Assembly: GCA_003452965.1 (NCBI GenBank)
Contig: DMMW01000035.1
Location: 534-58,047, forward strand
DNA length: 57,514 bases
Direction of reading: 5' to 3'
Source of the DNA: Elusimicrobiota bacterium
GTDB taxonomy: Bacteria; Elusimicrobiota; UBA8919
This document shows, in pieces, positions 17,093 through 27,533 of this stretch. Numbering within the stretch: position 1 is the first letter of the stretch; each line of letters starts with the position of its first letter. The translations under genes were made by a program, and so were the position numbers. The notes below the pieces were generated by a model that made no database searches, was not told where the DNA came from, and saw nothing but the letters and a program-made list of their open reading frames with translations.

Positions 17093-18556
17093 ATGAAAAG
17101 AATATATTATGGTGGTATAACAGGATTTATATTAATATTATTAAATGTTGTCTATGTTTGTGCTTATATGGGTGGTAGATTATCTTCTACTGATATATCC
17201 GTTTATGATATGTATAGAAACTCGGATTTTGAGTATGGGTGGAATTTGCTTTATACGAAAAAAAATAAATTAATAGATGATTCATTATTTTTAAAGTATA
17301 AATTTGCATATAACAAACATATAAGAAGCAAACTTATATATAACCCTGAATATGTTGCAGGTGTCTTTTATTTTCCGCATATATTTACAATGAAAACGAA
17401 TTTAGATACCGAATCGGTAATATTATCAGCATTTAGAACAAGACAAAGATTTTTATATAATCGTTTTTTGATAAATGATTTGGTAATTGAAAGCTCAATT
17501 GGATTGAATTTCGGAGGTAATCCGAAAAAAGCATTTATCAATGATTATACTTACGGTGCGTTTACTTATTTGCAGCTTGATTATGGTTTGGGATACTTAA
17601 AAAGCATATATGCAGATTATAATTTAAAATTAGGATTTTCAGATATATTTAGAAATTCCGCGTATTTACCGGTAGATATATTTAGGAACACAGAATTGGA
17701 AACAGGAGTAGTAAGCGATAATATTGATATCATATATGCATATCCTTTGGTATTTGAACTTCAAAAAGATAATTATCCTTACCAGGACAAAAGGTTGGAA
17801 ATTGGCTTGAAGAAAGATATGAAAAATTACAGAATAAAATTTGAGAACATATACCAGCAAAAGAAAAATTGGCATTCGTTAATGGTCAATAAAAAGGTAC
17901 AGGCTTATAATCTTGAAGGATATGTATCAAAAGCTCAAAAAGAAATATCAGGAGGCTTGAATATATCGTGGAATTTTGATATTCAGTCGTATAATCCGTA
18001 CATGACAAGGGATAATGTTAAAAATGAATTACATAATTTTGCATATACATCAGGAAGACATACATTGCCTGCTAACATTGCCGATTATTCTATTGAGCAA
18101 CTGCAAGGCGCTATAAATACCCCACAGCAGGCGGAAGAATATACATATAACTATTTGAGTTACTCGAACGACCACAATGGTTTCGCCGGATTATCTACAA
18201 TGTACGACCCGGTTAACGTATTCGGTAATAAAAGGGGAAATTGCACTGAACAGGCGAGATTGCAAGCGTATTTACTTGCAGATAACGGTTATGATTTAAG
18301 GATTGTCGGGCATATTGGTTATAGATGGGCGCATGCTGTTTTATTTTACAAGGATTTTATAACCGGGCACTGGAAAGCTTTTGACAATACCGAAGGCAAG
18401 GAATATTACAGCGAAGGGGATACGATTAAAGAATTGCAGGATATAGTATATCCTGGTTGGTTCAGTATGGTAGTCAAGGATAAAAACGCGAAGGGATTGT
18501 ACCAGATTGACAGCGAAACAAGGTGGTACATCCAGGACTGGTTTAACCGGCAATAG
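17093..18556 (+). CDS. membrane-anchored protein with Y/N-rich beta-type N-domain and C-terminal transglutaminase-like cysteine-protease core
   Basis: Candidate Cys-His-Asp triad: GNCTEQARLQAYLL, then RWAHAVLFY, then AFDN. The N-terminus has a hydrophobic anchor. Confidence 0.55.
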   Translation: MKRIYYGGITGFILILLNVVYVCAYMGGRLSSTDISVYDMYRNSDFEYGWNLLYTKKNKLIDDSLFLKYKFAYNKHIRSKLIYNPEYVAGVFYFPHIFTMKTNLDTESVILSAFRTRQRFLYNRFLINDLVIESSIGLNFGGNPKKAFINDYTYGAFTYLQLDYGLGYLKSIYADYNLKLGFSDIFRNSAYLPVDIFRNTELETGVVSDNIDIIYAYPLVFELQKDNYPYQDKRLEIGLKKDMKNYRIKFENIYQQKKNWHSLMVNKKVQAYNLEGYVSKAQKEISGGLNISWNFDIQSYNPYMTRDNVKNELHNFAYTSGRHTLPANIADYSIEQLQGAINTPQQAEEYTYNYLSYSNDHNGFAGLSTMYDPVNVFGNKRGNCTEQARLQAYLLADNGYDLRIVGHIGYRWAHAVLFYKDFITGHWKAFDNTEGKEYYSEGDTIKELQDIVYPGWFSMVVKDKNAKGLYQIDSETRWYIQDWFNRQ

Positions 18557-18654
18557 AATACGTTGATTGTATTATGGGATGGCGGGATATCGCAGTAGTA
18601 TGAGGGGGGAATAATAATGGAAGATGATGTAAGGGTTGTTCGTATGTTAAAATT

Positions 18655-18861
18655 TTGAATAAATTAAAAATGTTAGGTATTCCTCAATCAAAATTCCAGC
18701 AAGAAATGACGAATCCTTCTATTAATAACGTTGAATTAAACAAGCTGAAAACAGAGTTATATTCAGCAATGTTCAAATTTCAATTAATGCATGGAAAGTT
18801 ACATAAAATAACAAAAGAGTGGTCCGAAAATCCAAAATTATATCAGGGGGTGGTGGGATGA
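18655..18861 (+). CDS. hypothetical small helical protein (start may be ATG 18670)
   Basis: Its stop overlaps the next ORF's start in an ATGA overlap at 18858-18861, which suggests translational coupling. No recognisable domain. Confidence 0.3.
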   Translation: MNKLKMLGIPQSKFQQEMTNPSINNVELNKLKTELYSAMFKFQLMHGKLHKITKEWSENPKLYQGVVG

Positions 18862-19079
18862 ACAAAATTAAATTGCTTCACATAGCAAATCCTATTTTGC
18901 TTATTTCTTTTCTTATACAAACAATTTCAATATTTAATATGCTTTTCCAAATAGATATTATTGACCAGGAGCTCATATTTAACATTCATAAATACAACGG
19001 TTTACTTTTTATTTTGCTGATATTTGTTCACATTATTTTTAATTGGAATTGGATAAAAGTAAACATTCTGAAAAAATAG
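18858..19079 (+). CDS. small 2-TM membrane protein (DUF4405-like)
   Basis: The track ORF starts at 18819. The ATG at 18858 follows a G-rich SD. Two hydrophobic helices carry conserved-looking His residues (IHKYNG, FVHIIFNWNW). Confidence 0.4.
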   Translation: MNKIKLLHIANPILLISFLIQTISIFNMLFQIDIIDQELIFNIHKYNGLLFILLIFVHIIFNWNWIKVNILKK

Positions 19080-19159
19080 TCATTTTATCTGTTCTCATGG
19101 AATCAAATATGTTGTTCCCTTCATAATCCTCTTAATATTCTTAAACATCCTAACAAAAT

Positions 19160-20149
19160 ATGATTAAAATAGGTAAAAAAGAAATTTCATCAAATATAAT
19201 AATGGCACCGATGTCAGGATGCACAGACCTTGCATTTAGGACAATGGTACGTAAACATGGAGCAAAACTTTGTTTTTTTGAAATGGTAGATGCAGCATCA
19301 CTAATTATGAAAAATCCTAAAACCTTTCAAATATTAAAAACAAATTTGAAAGACAAGCCAATATCTGCTCAGATAATAGGCAGTGACCCCTTTCAGATAT
19401 TGGATGCTGCCTATATTCTTATAGATACTGTGCCTGATATTGTTTTTTTAGACATTAACAGTGCATGTCCTGTAAAAAAAATACTGAAAAAGAAATCGGG
19501 TGCCTATTTGATGAAATCTTCTAACACATTGATTAAAATAGCAAAAACACTATCTTATTCCTGCAAACTGAAGTTACCCATAACTGTAAAAATTAGAACC
19601 GGTTATGATAAAAATGACTTACCGTTCCTTATAGATTTAGTCAAAAGACTTGAAGATAACGGAATAGATGCTATTTTCATACACGGCAGAACCTGCAGGC
19701 AGATGTATTCCGGTAAAATAGATTATGCAAGTATACGAAAAGTTAAGGAAACGGTATCAATACCGGTTTTCGGAAGCGGTAATATTTTTAGCCCTGAACT
19801 TGCAAGAAAAATGATTATTGAAACCGGTTGTGACGGTATCACGGTAGCAAGGGGCTCATTAGGTATACCTTGGATATTTAAAGACATTGAAAAATATTTG
19901 CAAACAGGAGAGTTTGCAACCCCAAAAAATATTACAGAAAAAAAAAGAAACGCAATGAGCGAACATATAAGATATATTGAAAAATACAAGGGGTGTTTAC
20001 CCGGGGGAAAAGGAAATATAGGTCTTGTTAAAAAAGTTATGATGTGGTATATAAAAGGTTTTCCGGATGCAAGAAGTATACGTAATAAAATTTGTAGAAT
20101 AGAAAACTATAACGAATTAATTGCTTTAATGGAAAGGGACATTTGCTAA
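19160..20149 (+). CDS. dusB: tRNA-dihydrouridine synthase
   Basis: MAPMSGCTDLAFR, the catalytic-Cys context INSACPVKK, and HGRT. 329 aa. Confidence 0.9.
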   Translation: MIKIGKKEISSNIIMAPMSGCTDLAFRTMVRKHGAKLCFFEMVDAASLIMKNPKTFQILKTNLKDKPISAQIIGSDPFQILDAAYILIDTVPDIVFLDINSACPVKKILKKKSGAYLMKSSNTLIKIAKTLSYSCKLKLPITVKIRTGYDKNDLPFLIDLVKRLEDNGIDAIFIHGRTCRQMYSGKIDYASIRKVKETVSIPVFGSGNIFSPELARKMIIETGCDGITVARGSLGIPWIFKDIEKYLQTGEFATPKNITEKKRNAMSEHIRYIEKYKGCLPGGKGNIGLVKKVMMWYIKGFPDARSIRNKICRIENYNELIALMERDIC

Positions 20150-20163
20150 AATATAAAAACCAC

Positions 20164-20192
20164 TTGACAAAAATGCAAATATACTATATAAT
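20164..20192 (+). promoter_or_regulatory. consensus sigma70 promoter (TTGACA-N17-TATAAT) for the AbiE pair
   Basis: TTGACA at 20164-20169 and TATAAT at 20187-20192. Confidence 0.6.
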
Positions 20193-20237
20193 AATAATAT
20201 CTTAAAGTATACATATATGTATATATAAGGAAAATAT

Positions 20238-20867
20238 ATGAGATTCGAAGAATTTAAAAAGTTGGTAGTAAATTTACCTATAATTAAAGGTAGATATTTA
20301 AAGCAAAGTAATTATGTATATCCTTTTCTTAATGTGCAGTTAAAGAGATGGGCGGATAAGGGTTTTATTATTCGGTTAAAAAAGAATTTTTATTTATTGA
20401 ATAATATAGATAGAAAAATCAATCCATCAAAAATGTTCATTGCAAAGGAAATCTATAGTCCTTCGTATGTTAGTTTGGAATACGTACTTTCTATTTACGA
20501 TTTAATCCCGGAGAGGACAGTTGATATTACTTCGGTTACTACAAAGAAAAATGCCCAATTTGTAAATAAAATGGGTGTTTTTACGTATCAACATATTAAG
20601 GAAAGTTGTTTTACAGGTTTTATTGAAAAGGAAGATGAAAACGGAATGACATGTTTTATTGCTGTTCCGGAAAAAGCTGTTGTGGACTTCTTGTATCTTA
20701 ATAAGAACAGATTTCAAAAAAACTATGGGGATGTTTTGCGAGAATCGTTTCGTTTTCAGAATACAGGAATATTAAATAAAAAGAAGTTTAAGGATTATAT
20801 ACGGTTATTTTCTAATAAGAAACTGAATGAAATTGCTAAGGAATTCTTAAAGTTAAGCGATTTTTAG
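20238..20867 (+). CDS. type IV toxin-antitoxin AbiEi-family antitoxin / transcriptional regulator
   Basis: The N-terminus is wHTH-like. The SPSYVSLEYVLSIYDLIPE...ITSVTTKK block is typical of AbiEi-like partners of DUF1814 proteins. It sits directly upstream of the AbiEii gene. Confidence 0.7.
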   Translation: MRFEEFKKLVVNLPIIKGRYLKQSNYVYPFLNVQLKRWADKGFIIRLKKNFYLLNNIDRKINPSKMFIAKEIYSPSYVSLEYVLSIYDLIPERTVDITSVTTKKNAQFVNKMGVFTYQHIKESCFTGFIEKEDENGMTCFIAVPEKAVVDFLYLNKNRFQKNYGDVLRESFRFQNTGILNKKKFKDYIRLFSNKKLNEIAKEFLKLSDF

Positions 20868-20877
20868 GGTGGTTAAA

Positions 20878-21675
20878 ATGTATGAGCTTTTAAAAGAGAA
20901 ATTCAAGGATGTAATTGATATTGAAGAAAAAGCTAATAAAACGAGGGAATATCTGCAGATTCTTGTATTAAAGATTTTTTTTGACCAACAGGTTTTTGAA
21001 AATGTAGCATTTGTCGGTGGAACTGCATTAAGGATTATTTATGATTTGCGAAGATTTAGCGAGGATTTGGATTTCAACTTAATTAGTAAAAAGAATTATT
21101 CTTTTAAAAATATTAATAGTGTTTTAGAAAAGGAATTAAACCGGTATGGACTTAAGGTAGAATTGGTGGTAAAAGAAAGTAATGTTGTAAATACCTGCAT
21201 GTTGAAATTTGTTGATATATTAAATGAACTAAAAATCAGTAATATCAAAGGGCATAAAATTTCAATAAAAATTGAGATTGACACCCACTCACCAAAAGGA
21301 TTTAAAACATTATTCACTCCGATAAACAAATCATTTATTTTTGCTGTAAGGCAATTTGATTTGCCATCTTTATATGCAACTAAATTACACGCTTGTTTTT
21401 ATAGGAAATATACAAAGGGTAGAGATTTTTATGACCTTGTTTGGTATCTCGGTAAAAAAATTGAACCGAATTTTATTTTATTGAATAATGCAATAAAGCA
21501 AACAGAAGGCAAACATTTAAAGATTGGTTCTGGTAATTTTAAGGAGTTTCTTGGCGAGAGGATTAAAAAAATAGATTTTAACCACGTAAGAAAGGATGTT
21601 GAACGATTTCTGGAAGATAAAAGCGAGTTGAGATTATTGGAAAAGAATATTATTTTACAGATGATAAGTAGTTAA
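20878..21675 (+). CDS. nucleotidyltransferase AbiEii/AbiGii toxin family (DUF1814)
   Basis: FVGGTALRIIYDLRRFSEDLDF is the signature NTase motif. The track start GTG 20869 is replaced by ATG 20878, which has AGGGTGG upstream. Confidence 0.8.
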   Translation: MYELLKEKFKDVIDIEEKANKTREYLQILVLKIFFDQQVFENVAFVGGTALRIIYDLRRFSEDLDFNLISKKNYSFKNINSVLEKELNRYGLKVELVVKESNVVNTCMLKFVDILNELKISNIKGHKISIKIEIDTHSPKGFKTLFTPINKSFIFAVRQFDLPSLYATKLHACFYRKYTKGRDFYDLVWYLGKKIEPNFILLNNAIKQTEGKHLKIGSGNFKEFLGERIKKIDFNHVRKDVERFLEDKSELRLLEKNIILQMISS

Positions 21676-21769
21676 AAAGAAAATGTATTGGGCAGATTGT
21701 TTTTAGACGATAAAATAATCTCATGTATCCTACCTCAAAATAAAAAAAATATAAAAATAAAAAAAGTAC

Positions 21770-21798
21770 TTGACATTTCTTTTATTTTTCTGTAAAGT
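21770..21798 (+). promoter_or_regulatory. sigma70-like promoter (TTGACA-N17-TAAAGT) for the Rrf2-met/cys operon
   Basis: TTGACA at 21770-21775 and TAAAGT at 21793-21798. It is followed by a ~160-nt GC-rich leader. Confidence 0.45.
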
Positions 21799-21962
21799 AT
21801 AGTTAGATGATAGACAAAGTAGAATACGCTCGGGAGCTCGTAAACAAAGGAAAAATCGTTTTGAAGTTCTGTTGTTTCCGCCACTGAGCTTTGGCGAGAC
21901 CTCGCCCGAAGGGCGGGCTGACTACAGAACGTAATGACCATAGAACTATAGAACAGGTTTTT

Positions 21963-22409
21963 ATGAAGATAACGTATAAAGGGGATTATGCATTAAAGAT
22001 TTTATTGAATTTGTCTTTGAATTATCAGAAAGGGCTTATTCAGATAAAAGATATTTCAAAGAAAGAAGATATTCCGATTAAATATCTTGAGCAGATTGTT
22101 CTTATATTAAAAGGAGCAGGTTACATTAGGAGCAGAAGAGGTCCGTATGGTGGGATTCAGTTAGCAAAAGCACCGGAAAAGATAAAATTGGGTGAAATAA
22201 TTCGCTTAATGGATGGAACCACCGCTCCTATTACTTGCGTAAGCAAAACAGAAACATCAAACTGTAATGATATTCAGCGATGTCCATTCAGAAATATATT
22301 TGTTGATATAAGAGAGTATATAAATAATGTGGTGGATAATACGAATTTTGCGGATATGGTAGATAGGGTAAGAAAAATGTCTATGAAATCACCGGATTAT
22401 ACAATATAG
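21963..22409 (+). CDS. Rrf2-family transcriptional regulator (CymR/IscR-like)
   Basis: MKITYKGDYALKILLNL... is a canonical Rrf2 N-terminus, with the wHTH at LEQIVLILKGAGYIRSRRGPYGG and Cys residues at C-x7-C-x5-C. The track's TTG start at 21891 lies in the GC-rich leader and is rejected. Confidence 0.85.
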   Translation: MKITYKGDYALKILLNLSLNYQKGLIQIKDISKKEDIPIKYLEQIVLILKGAGYIRSRRGPYGGIQLAKAPEKIKLGEIIRLMDGTTAPITCVSKTETSNCNDIQRCPFRNIFVDIREYINNVVDNTNFADMVDRVRKMSMKSPDYTI

Positions 22410-22444
22410 GGGATAGGGATTAGGGGTTAGAGGTTAGGGATTAG
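22410..22444 (+). repeat. 7-nt tandem repeat x5 (gggatag ggattag gggttag aggttag ggattag) starting at the base after the Rrf2 stop
   Basis: Read directly. TAG recurs every 7 nt, giving stops in all three frames. Confidence 0.75.
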
Positions 22445-22470
22445 TAAAAGATTTTAATAATACTAAATAC

Positions 22471-22491
22471 TATACCCTATACGCTATACAC
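22471..22491. repeat. 7-nt tandem repeat x3 (tataccc tatacgc tatacac)
   Basis: Read directly. On the minus strand it yields TAG every 7 nt. Confidence 0.65.
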
Positions 22492-22494
22492 TAA

Positions 22495-23814
<1,320 letters not shown>

Positions 23815-23899
23815 AATAGAAATATAAATTAAAATAAAGGTGTAATGACTTAATTTTAATTTAAACTTTTAACTTTTTATTTAATTTAACGGGGGAATT

Positions 23900-24832
23900 A
23901 TGGCAAAGATTTATGATGATATTACTAAAACAATTGGGAGAACGCCGTTAGTTAGAATCAATAAAATCACTAAGAATATTGATGCAACGATTTTAGCAAA
24001 ATTAGAATCATTTAATCCGCTTTCAAGCGTAAAAGACAGAATCGGTGTTTCAATGATAGAGGATGCCGAAAAAAAAGGTGTATTGAAAAAAAACTCTGTT
24101 ATAATTGAACCGACAAGCGGGAATACTGGGGTAGCACTTGCATTCGTATGTGCTGCTAAGGGATATAAACTTATCCTTACTATGCCTGATACTATGAGTG
24201 TAGAACGCAGACAACTACTTAAGATATTTGGTGCAGATATTGTTCTTACCGACGGGACCAAGGGTATGAAAGGTGCAGTAGAAAAAGCGGAAGAATTGGC
24301 AAAAATTACGTCTAACAGCTTTATTCCTCAGCAGTTTGAAAATTCCGCAAATACTGAAATTCATAGAAAGACAACTGCTGAAGAGATATGGCAAGATACT
24401 GATGGCAAAGTGGATTTTTTTGTTGCAGGCATAGGAACGGGTGGAACAGTAACTGGTGTAGGCGAAACATTAAAGAAAAAAAAACCATCAGTTCAAATTA
24501 TCGGAGTTGAACCAAAGGATTCACCTGTTATTTCTGGTGGAAAGCCAGGTTCACATAAGATTCAGGGTATAGGTGCTGGTTTTGTACCAAAGATTTTGGA
24601 TAAAAAAGTTTTGGATGAAATTATAACTGTTTCAAATGAAGATGCTGGTATAATGGCTCGTAGAATAGCAAGAGAAGAGGGTATTTTGGTAGGGATATCA
24701 AGCGGTGCTGCATTATGGGCAGGTTTAGAGGTTGCAAGAAGAAAGGAGAACGAAGGAAAAACTATAGTTGTTATTCTTCCTGATACCGGTGAAAGATATC
24801 TTTCTACATGGCTTTTTCAGGAAGAAAAATGA
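23900..24832 (+). CDS. cysK: cysteine synthase A (O-acetylserine sulfhydrylase)
   Basis: Motifs SVKDR (PLP Lys), TSGNTG and GIGTGGT. 310 aa. Confidence 0.9.
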   Translation: MAKIYDDITKTIGRTPLVRINKITKNIDATILAKLESFNPLSSVKDRIGVSMIEDAEKKGVLKKNSVIIEPTSGNTGVALAFVCAAKGYKLILTMPDTMSVERRQLLKIFGADIVLTDGTKGMKGAVEKAEELAKITSNSFIPQQFENSANTEIHRKTTAEEIWQDTDGKVDFFVAGIGTGGTVTGVGETLKKKKPSVQIIGVEPKDSPVISGGKPGSHKIQGIGAGFVPKILDKKVLDEIITVSNEDAGIMARRIAREEGILVGISSGAALWAGLEVARRKENEGKTIVVILPDTGERYLSTWLFQEEK

Positions 24833-24970
24833 AGCTTCACCTATTAAATTATTGAATAATAAAGCGAAATTCTCCGAAGCATCACATAAATTTAGTATAG
24901 ATGAAATATAATAAGAAAGTATATTTTATATTACAATTTATGTTTTGTCAGGCGAAGGAGAATGATAATT

Positions 24971-26131
24971 ATGGATAAAAAACAGAGTGATAATCTAATC
25001 CCAAAAAATAATGTCGGTATTACAGAGACAAAATATTTTACTTTTGCTGAACCACCTAATGAATTGGTATTGGATTCTGGTGAGAAGTTGGGTCCGATAA
25101 CACTTGCGTATGAAACTTATGGTAAACTTAATGAAGATAAAAGTAATGCAATACTATGTGAACACGCGTTAAGCGGTGATGCTCATGCAGCCGGTTATCA
25201 TAAAGGTGATAAAAATCCTGGTTGGTGGGATACTATGATTGGTCCGGGAAAGGCATTTGATACTGATAAAAATTATATAATTTGTTCTAATGTAATAGGT
25301 GGATGCAGGGGTTCAACCGGACCGTCTTCAATAAACCCGAAGACTAATAAACCATACGGCATGGAATTTCCGATTATTACAATCAAAGATATGGTCAATG
25401 CTCAAAGATATTTAATAGATCATTTAGGGATAAAAAAACTTTTAACCGTTGTTGGTGGTTCAATGGGTGGAATGCAAACCTTACAATGGATTGTTTCTTA
25501 TCCGGACAGAGTGTGTTCAGGTATTCCTATTGCCACAACCGCAAAACACTCATCACAACAAATTGCATTCAATGAAGTAGAAAGACAAGCTGTTATGTCG
25601 GACCCTAACTGGCAGGATGGTAATTACTATGGAGAATCTGCTCCAATCCGCGGTCTTGCGGTTGCAAGAATGATAGGTCATATTACTTATATGAGTGATA
25701 AATCAATGGCTGAAAAATTTGGTAGACGCTCAAAAGAAAATAAAACTATTTTTAAGTTTGACCCTGATTTTGAAGTTGAAGGTTATCTTCACTATAGGGG
25801 GGATAGTTTTGTCAAGCGATTTGATGCCAATACATATCTTTATATAACTAAAGCATTGGACTATTTTGATATTGCAGGTGATAAACAATTATACGAAGTA
25901 TTTAAAAATGTAAAAGCAGAACTGCTTATAATTGCATTTAAATCTGACTGGCTCTATCCTGCTTATCAGTCACGGGAGATAGTCAAGGCATGTAAATTGG
26001 CAGGTGTAGACGCTACATATTGCGAAATAGATTCTACATACGGGCATGATGCTTTTCTATTAGAAATAGAGCAGGAGACAAATCTTATAAAACACTTTTT
26101 AGAACATGTATATTCGGGAAGAAAAAAATGA
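24971..26131 (+). CDS. metX: homoserine O-acetyltransferase
   Basis: Nucleophile elbow GGSMGGMQ and a C-terminal GHDAFL. ATG 24971 is better spaced from the AAGGAG at 24955-24960 than the track start 24962. Confidence 0.9.
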   Translation: MDKKQSDNLIPKNNVGITETKYFTFAEPPNELVLDSGEKLGPITLAYETYGKLNEDKSNAILCEHALSGDAHAAGYHKGDKNPGWWDTMIGPGKAFDTDKNYIICSNVIGGCRGSTGPSSINPKTNKPYGMEFPIITIKDMVNAQRYLIDHLGIKKLLTVVGGSMGGMQTLQWIVSYPDRVCSGIPIATTAKHSSQQIAFNEVERQAVMSDPNWQDGNYYGESAPIRGLAVARMIGHITYMSDKSMAEKFGRRSKENKTIFKFDPDFEVEGYLHYRGDSFVKRFDANTYLYITKALDYFDIAGDKQLYEVFKNVKAELLIIAFKSDWLYPAYQSREIVKACKLAGVDATYCEIDSTYGHDAFLLEIEQETNLIKHFLEHVYSGRKK

Positions 26132-26718
26132 GCGATAAAATAAAAATTGAATATAGCATAGTGATGAATTGGATAAAAGATGAATCATCCATTTTGGATC
26201 TTGGGTGTGGGGATGGTGAACTATTATCATTACTTGTTCAACAGAAAAAAGTAAGGGCACAGGGAATAGAATTAGATGAACAAGCGATTTATAAATGTGT
26301 TGAACGTGGAATAAGTGTTTTCCATGAGGACTTGGATAATGGACTTAAGGGGTATGCAGATAAATCATTTGATTATGTGGTTTTGTATCAGAGTTTGCAG
26401 CAAATAAAAAAACCGGATATAATATTACGAGATGCTATAAATGTCGGTAGAAAAGTAATAGTAGGTATACCGAATTTTGCATATTATAAAGCACGGGCAC
26501 AAATATTCTTTAAAGGGATAGTTCCGGTTACAACTTCATTGCCCTATGAATGGTATAATACTCCAAATCTCCATTTTTTGAGCATCTCTGATTTTATTAA
26601 TTACTGCAAAAACAAAGGTTTTAAAATAGAGAAGTCTATTTTTATAGGAGAAAAAAGCATAATAAAAATATTTCCAAATTTATTTGCACTAACAGGTATA
26701 TTTTTAATTTCCAAGTAA
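26128..26718 (+). CDS. metW: methionine biosynthesis protein MetW
   Basis: ATGA overlap with metX. The SAM-MTase-like motif is [12 protein letters not shown]. 196 aa and adjacent to metX, as is usual. Confidence 0.85.
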   Translation: MSDKIKIEYSIVMNWIKDESSILDLGCGDGELLSLLVQQKKVRAQGIELDEQAIYKCVERGISVFHEDLDNGLKGYADKSFDYVVLYQSLQQIKKPDIILRDAINVGRKVIVGIPNFAYYKARAQIFFKGIVPVTTSLPYEWYNTPNLHFLSISDFINYCKNKGFKIEKSIFIGEKSIIKIFPNLFALTGIFLISK

Positions 26719-26819
26719 ATAAAAGTTAATCAAATAATTAAACATTATAAGATTAACAAATTTTTTTAACATATAAAGTCTACAAAGTTGATAGACAATA
26801 TGTATAATAAGGAGAAAAA

Positions 26820-27527
26820 ATGGGTATTTTAGAAGAAGTAAAAGGTGCGGATTTGAAAGCGTTGGTAGATGGTTTGAATTTTAAAGAGAAGATGGATAGG
26901 TCATTATCTTTAATTTCTGAAGCTTATAAGATATATGGTGATGGACTTATTGTTGCTAATAGTTTAGGAAAGGATTCAGTTGCTGTATGGGATTTAGTAA
27001 AAAGAGTCAGTCCTAAAATACAAGGGTTTATTGTAACTACAAGGTTTAAGCCAAAAGAAACCGTTGAATTTATGAATGAAACGGTTAAGAGATATCCAGA
27101 ATTAAAGATTTATAAAAATGATGAAATTATTTCGGATAATCTTTATGAAACAGATCCTCATAAATGCTGTGATATTTTAAAAGTTTTACCTACGAGAAAG
27201 GCGCTGCTTGAAATGGATGCTACGTGTTGGGTTACTGGATTAAGATGCACAGAAGGAAAAACTCGTACCGATTTCAAAGAAGTGGAAGAAAGGGATAAAG
27301 GGCTAATAAAATTAAATCCTATATTACTTTGGAAAGAAAGGGAAATATGGCAGTATCTTGCTTTATATGAGGTAAAGGTGAATCCATTATATAAATTGGG
27401 TTACCGTTCACTCGGTTGTCTCCCATGCACAAAAATAACAAATGAAGAGGATGAAAGAGCGGGCAGATGGGTAGGAACAAGCAAAATGGGTGGGGAATGC
27501 GGTATTCATACACGACCGTTAAAATGA
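26820..27527 (+). CDS. cysH: adenylylsulfate/phosphoadenylylsulfate reductase, Fe-S (APS-reductase) type
   Basis: PAPS_reduct fold. The cluster cysteines are CC (HKCCDIL) plus CxxC (GCLPCT), and the C-terminal catalytic motif is ECGIH. AAGGAG SD. Confidence 0.8.
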   Translation: MGILEEVKGADLKALVDGLNFKEKMDRSLSLISEAYKIYGDGLIVANSLGKDSVAVWDLVKRVSPKIQGFIVTTRFKPKETVEFMNETVKRYPELKIYKNDEIISDNLYETDPHKCCDILKVLPTRKALLEMDATCWVTGLRCTEGKTRTDFKEVEERDKGLIKLNPILLWKEREIWQYLALYEVKVNPLYKLGYRSLGCLPCTKITNEEDERAGRWVGTSKMGGECGIHTRPLK

Positions 27528-27533
27528 AACTCA

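Noticed and set aside
21891-21962. N-terminal 24-aa extension of the Rrf2 ORF in the track (TTG start, MARPRPKGGLTTERNDH...).
   Set aside because: The extension uses a TTG start inside the GC-rich leader. The canonical Rrf2 N-terminus (MKITYKGDYALK) begins at ATG 21963.
22410-22444. Telomere-like TTAGGG periodicity (ggattaggggttagaggttagggattag).
   Set aside because: The unit is 7 nt and degenerate, there are only 5 copies, and it is internal to a bacterial operon region directly after a stop codon. It belongs with the other 7-8-nt arrays in this window, so the resemblance to eukaryotic telomeres is coincidental.
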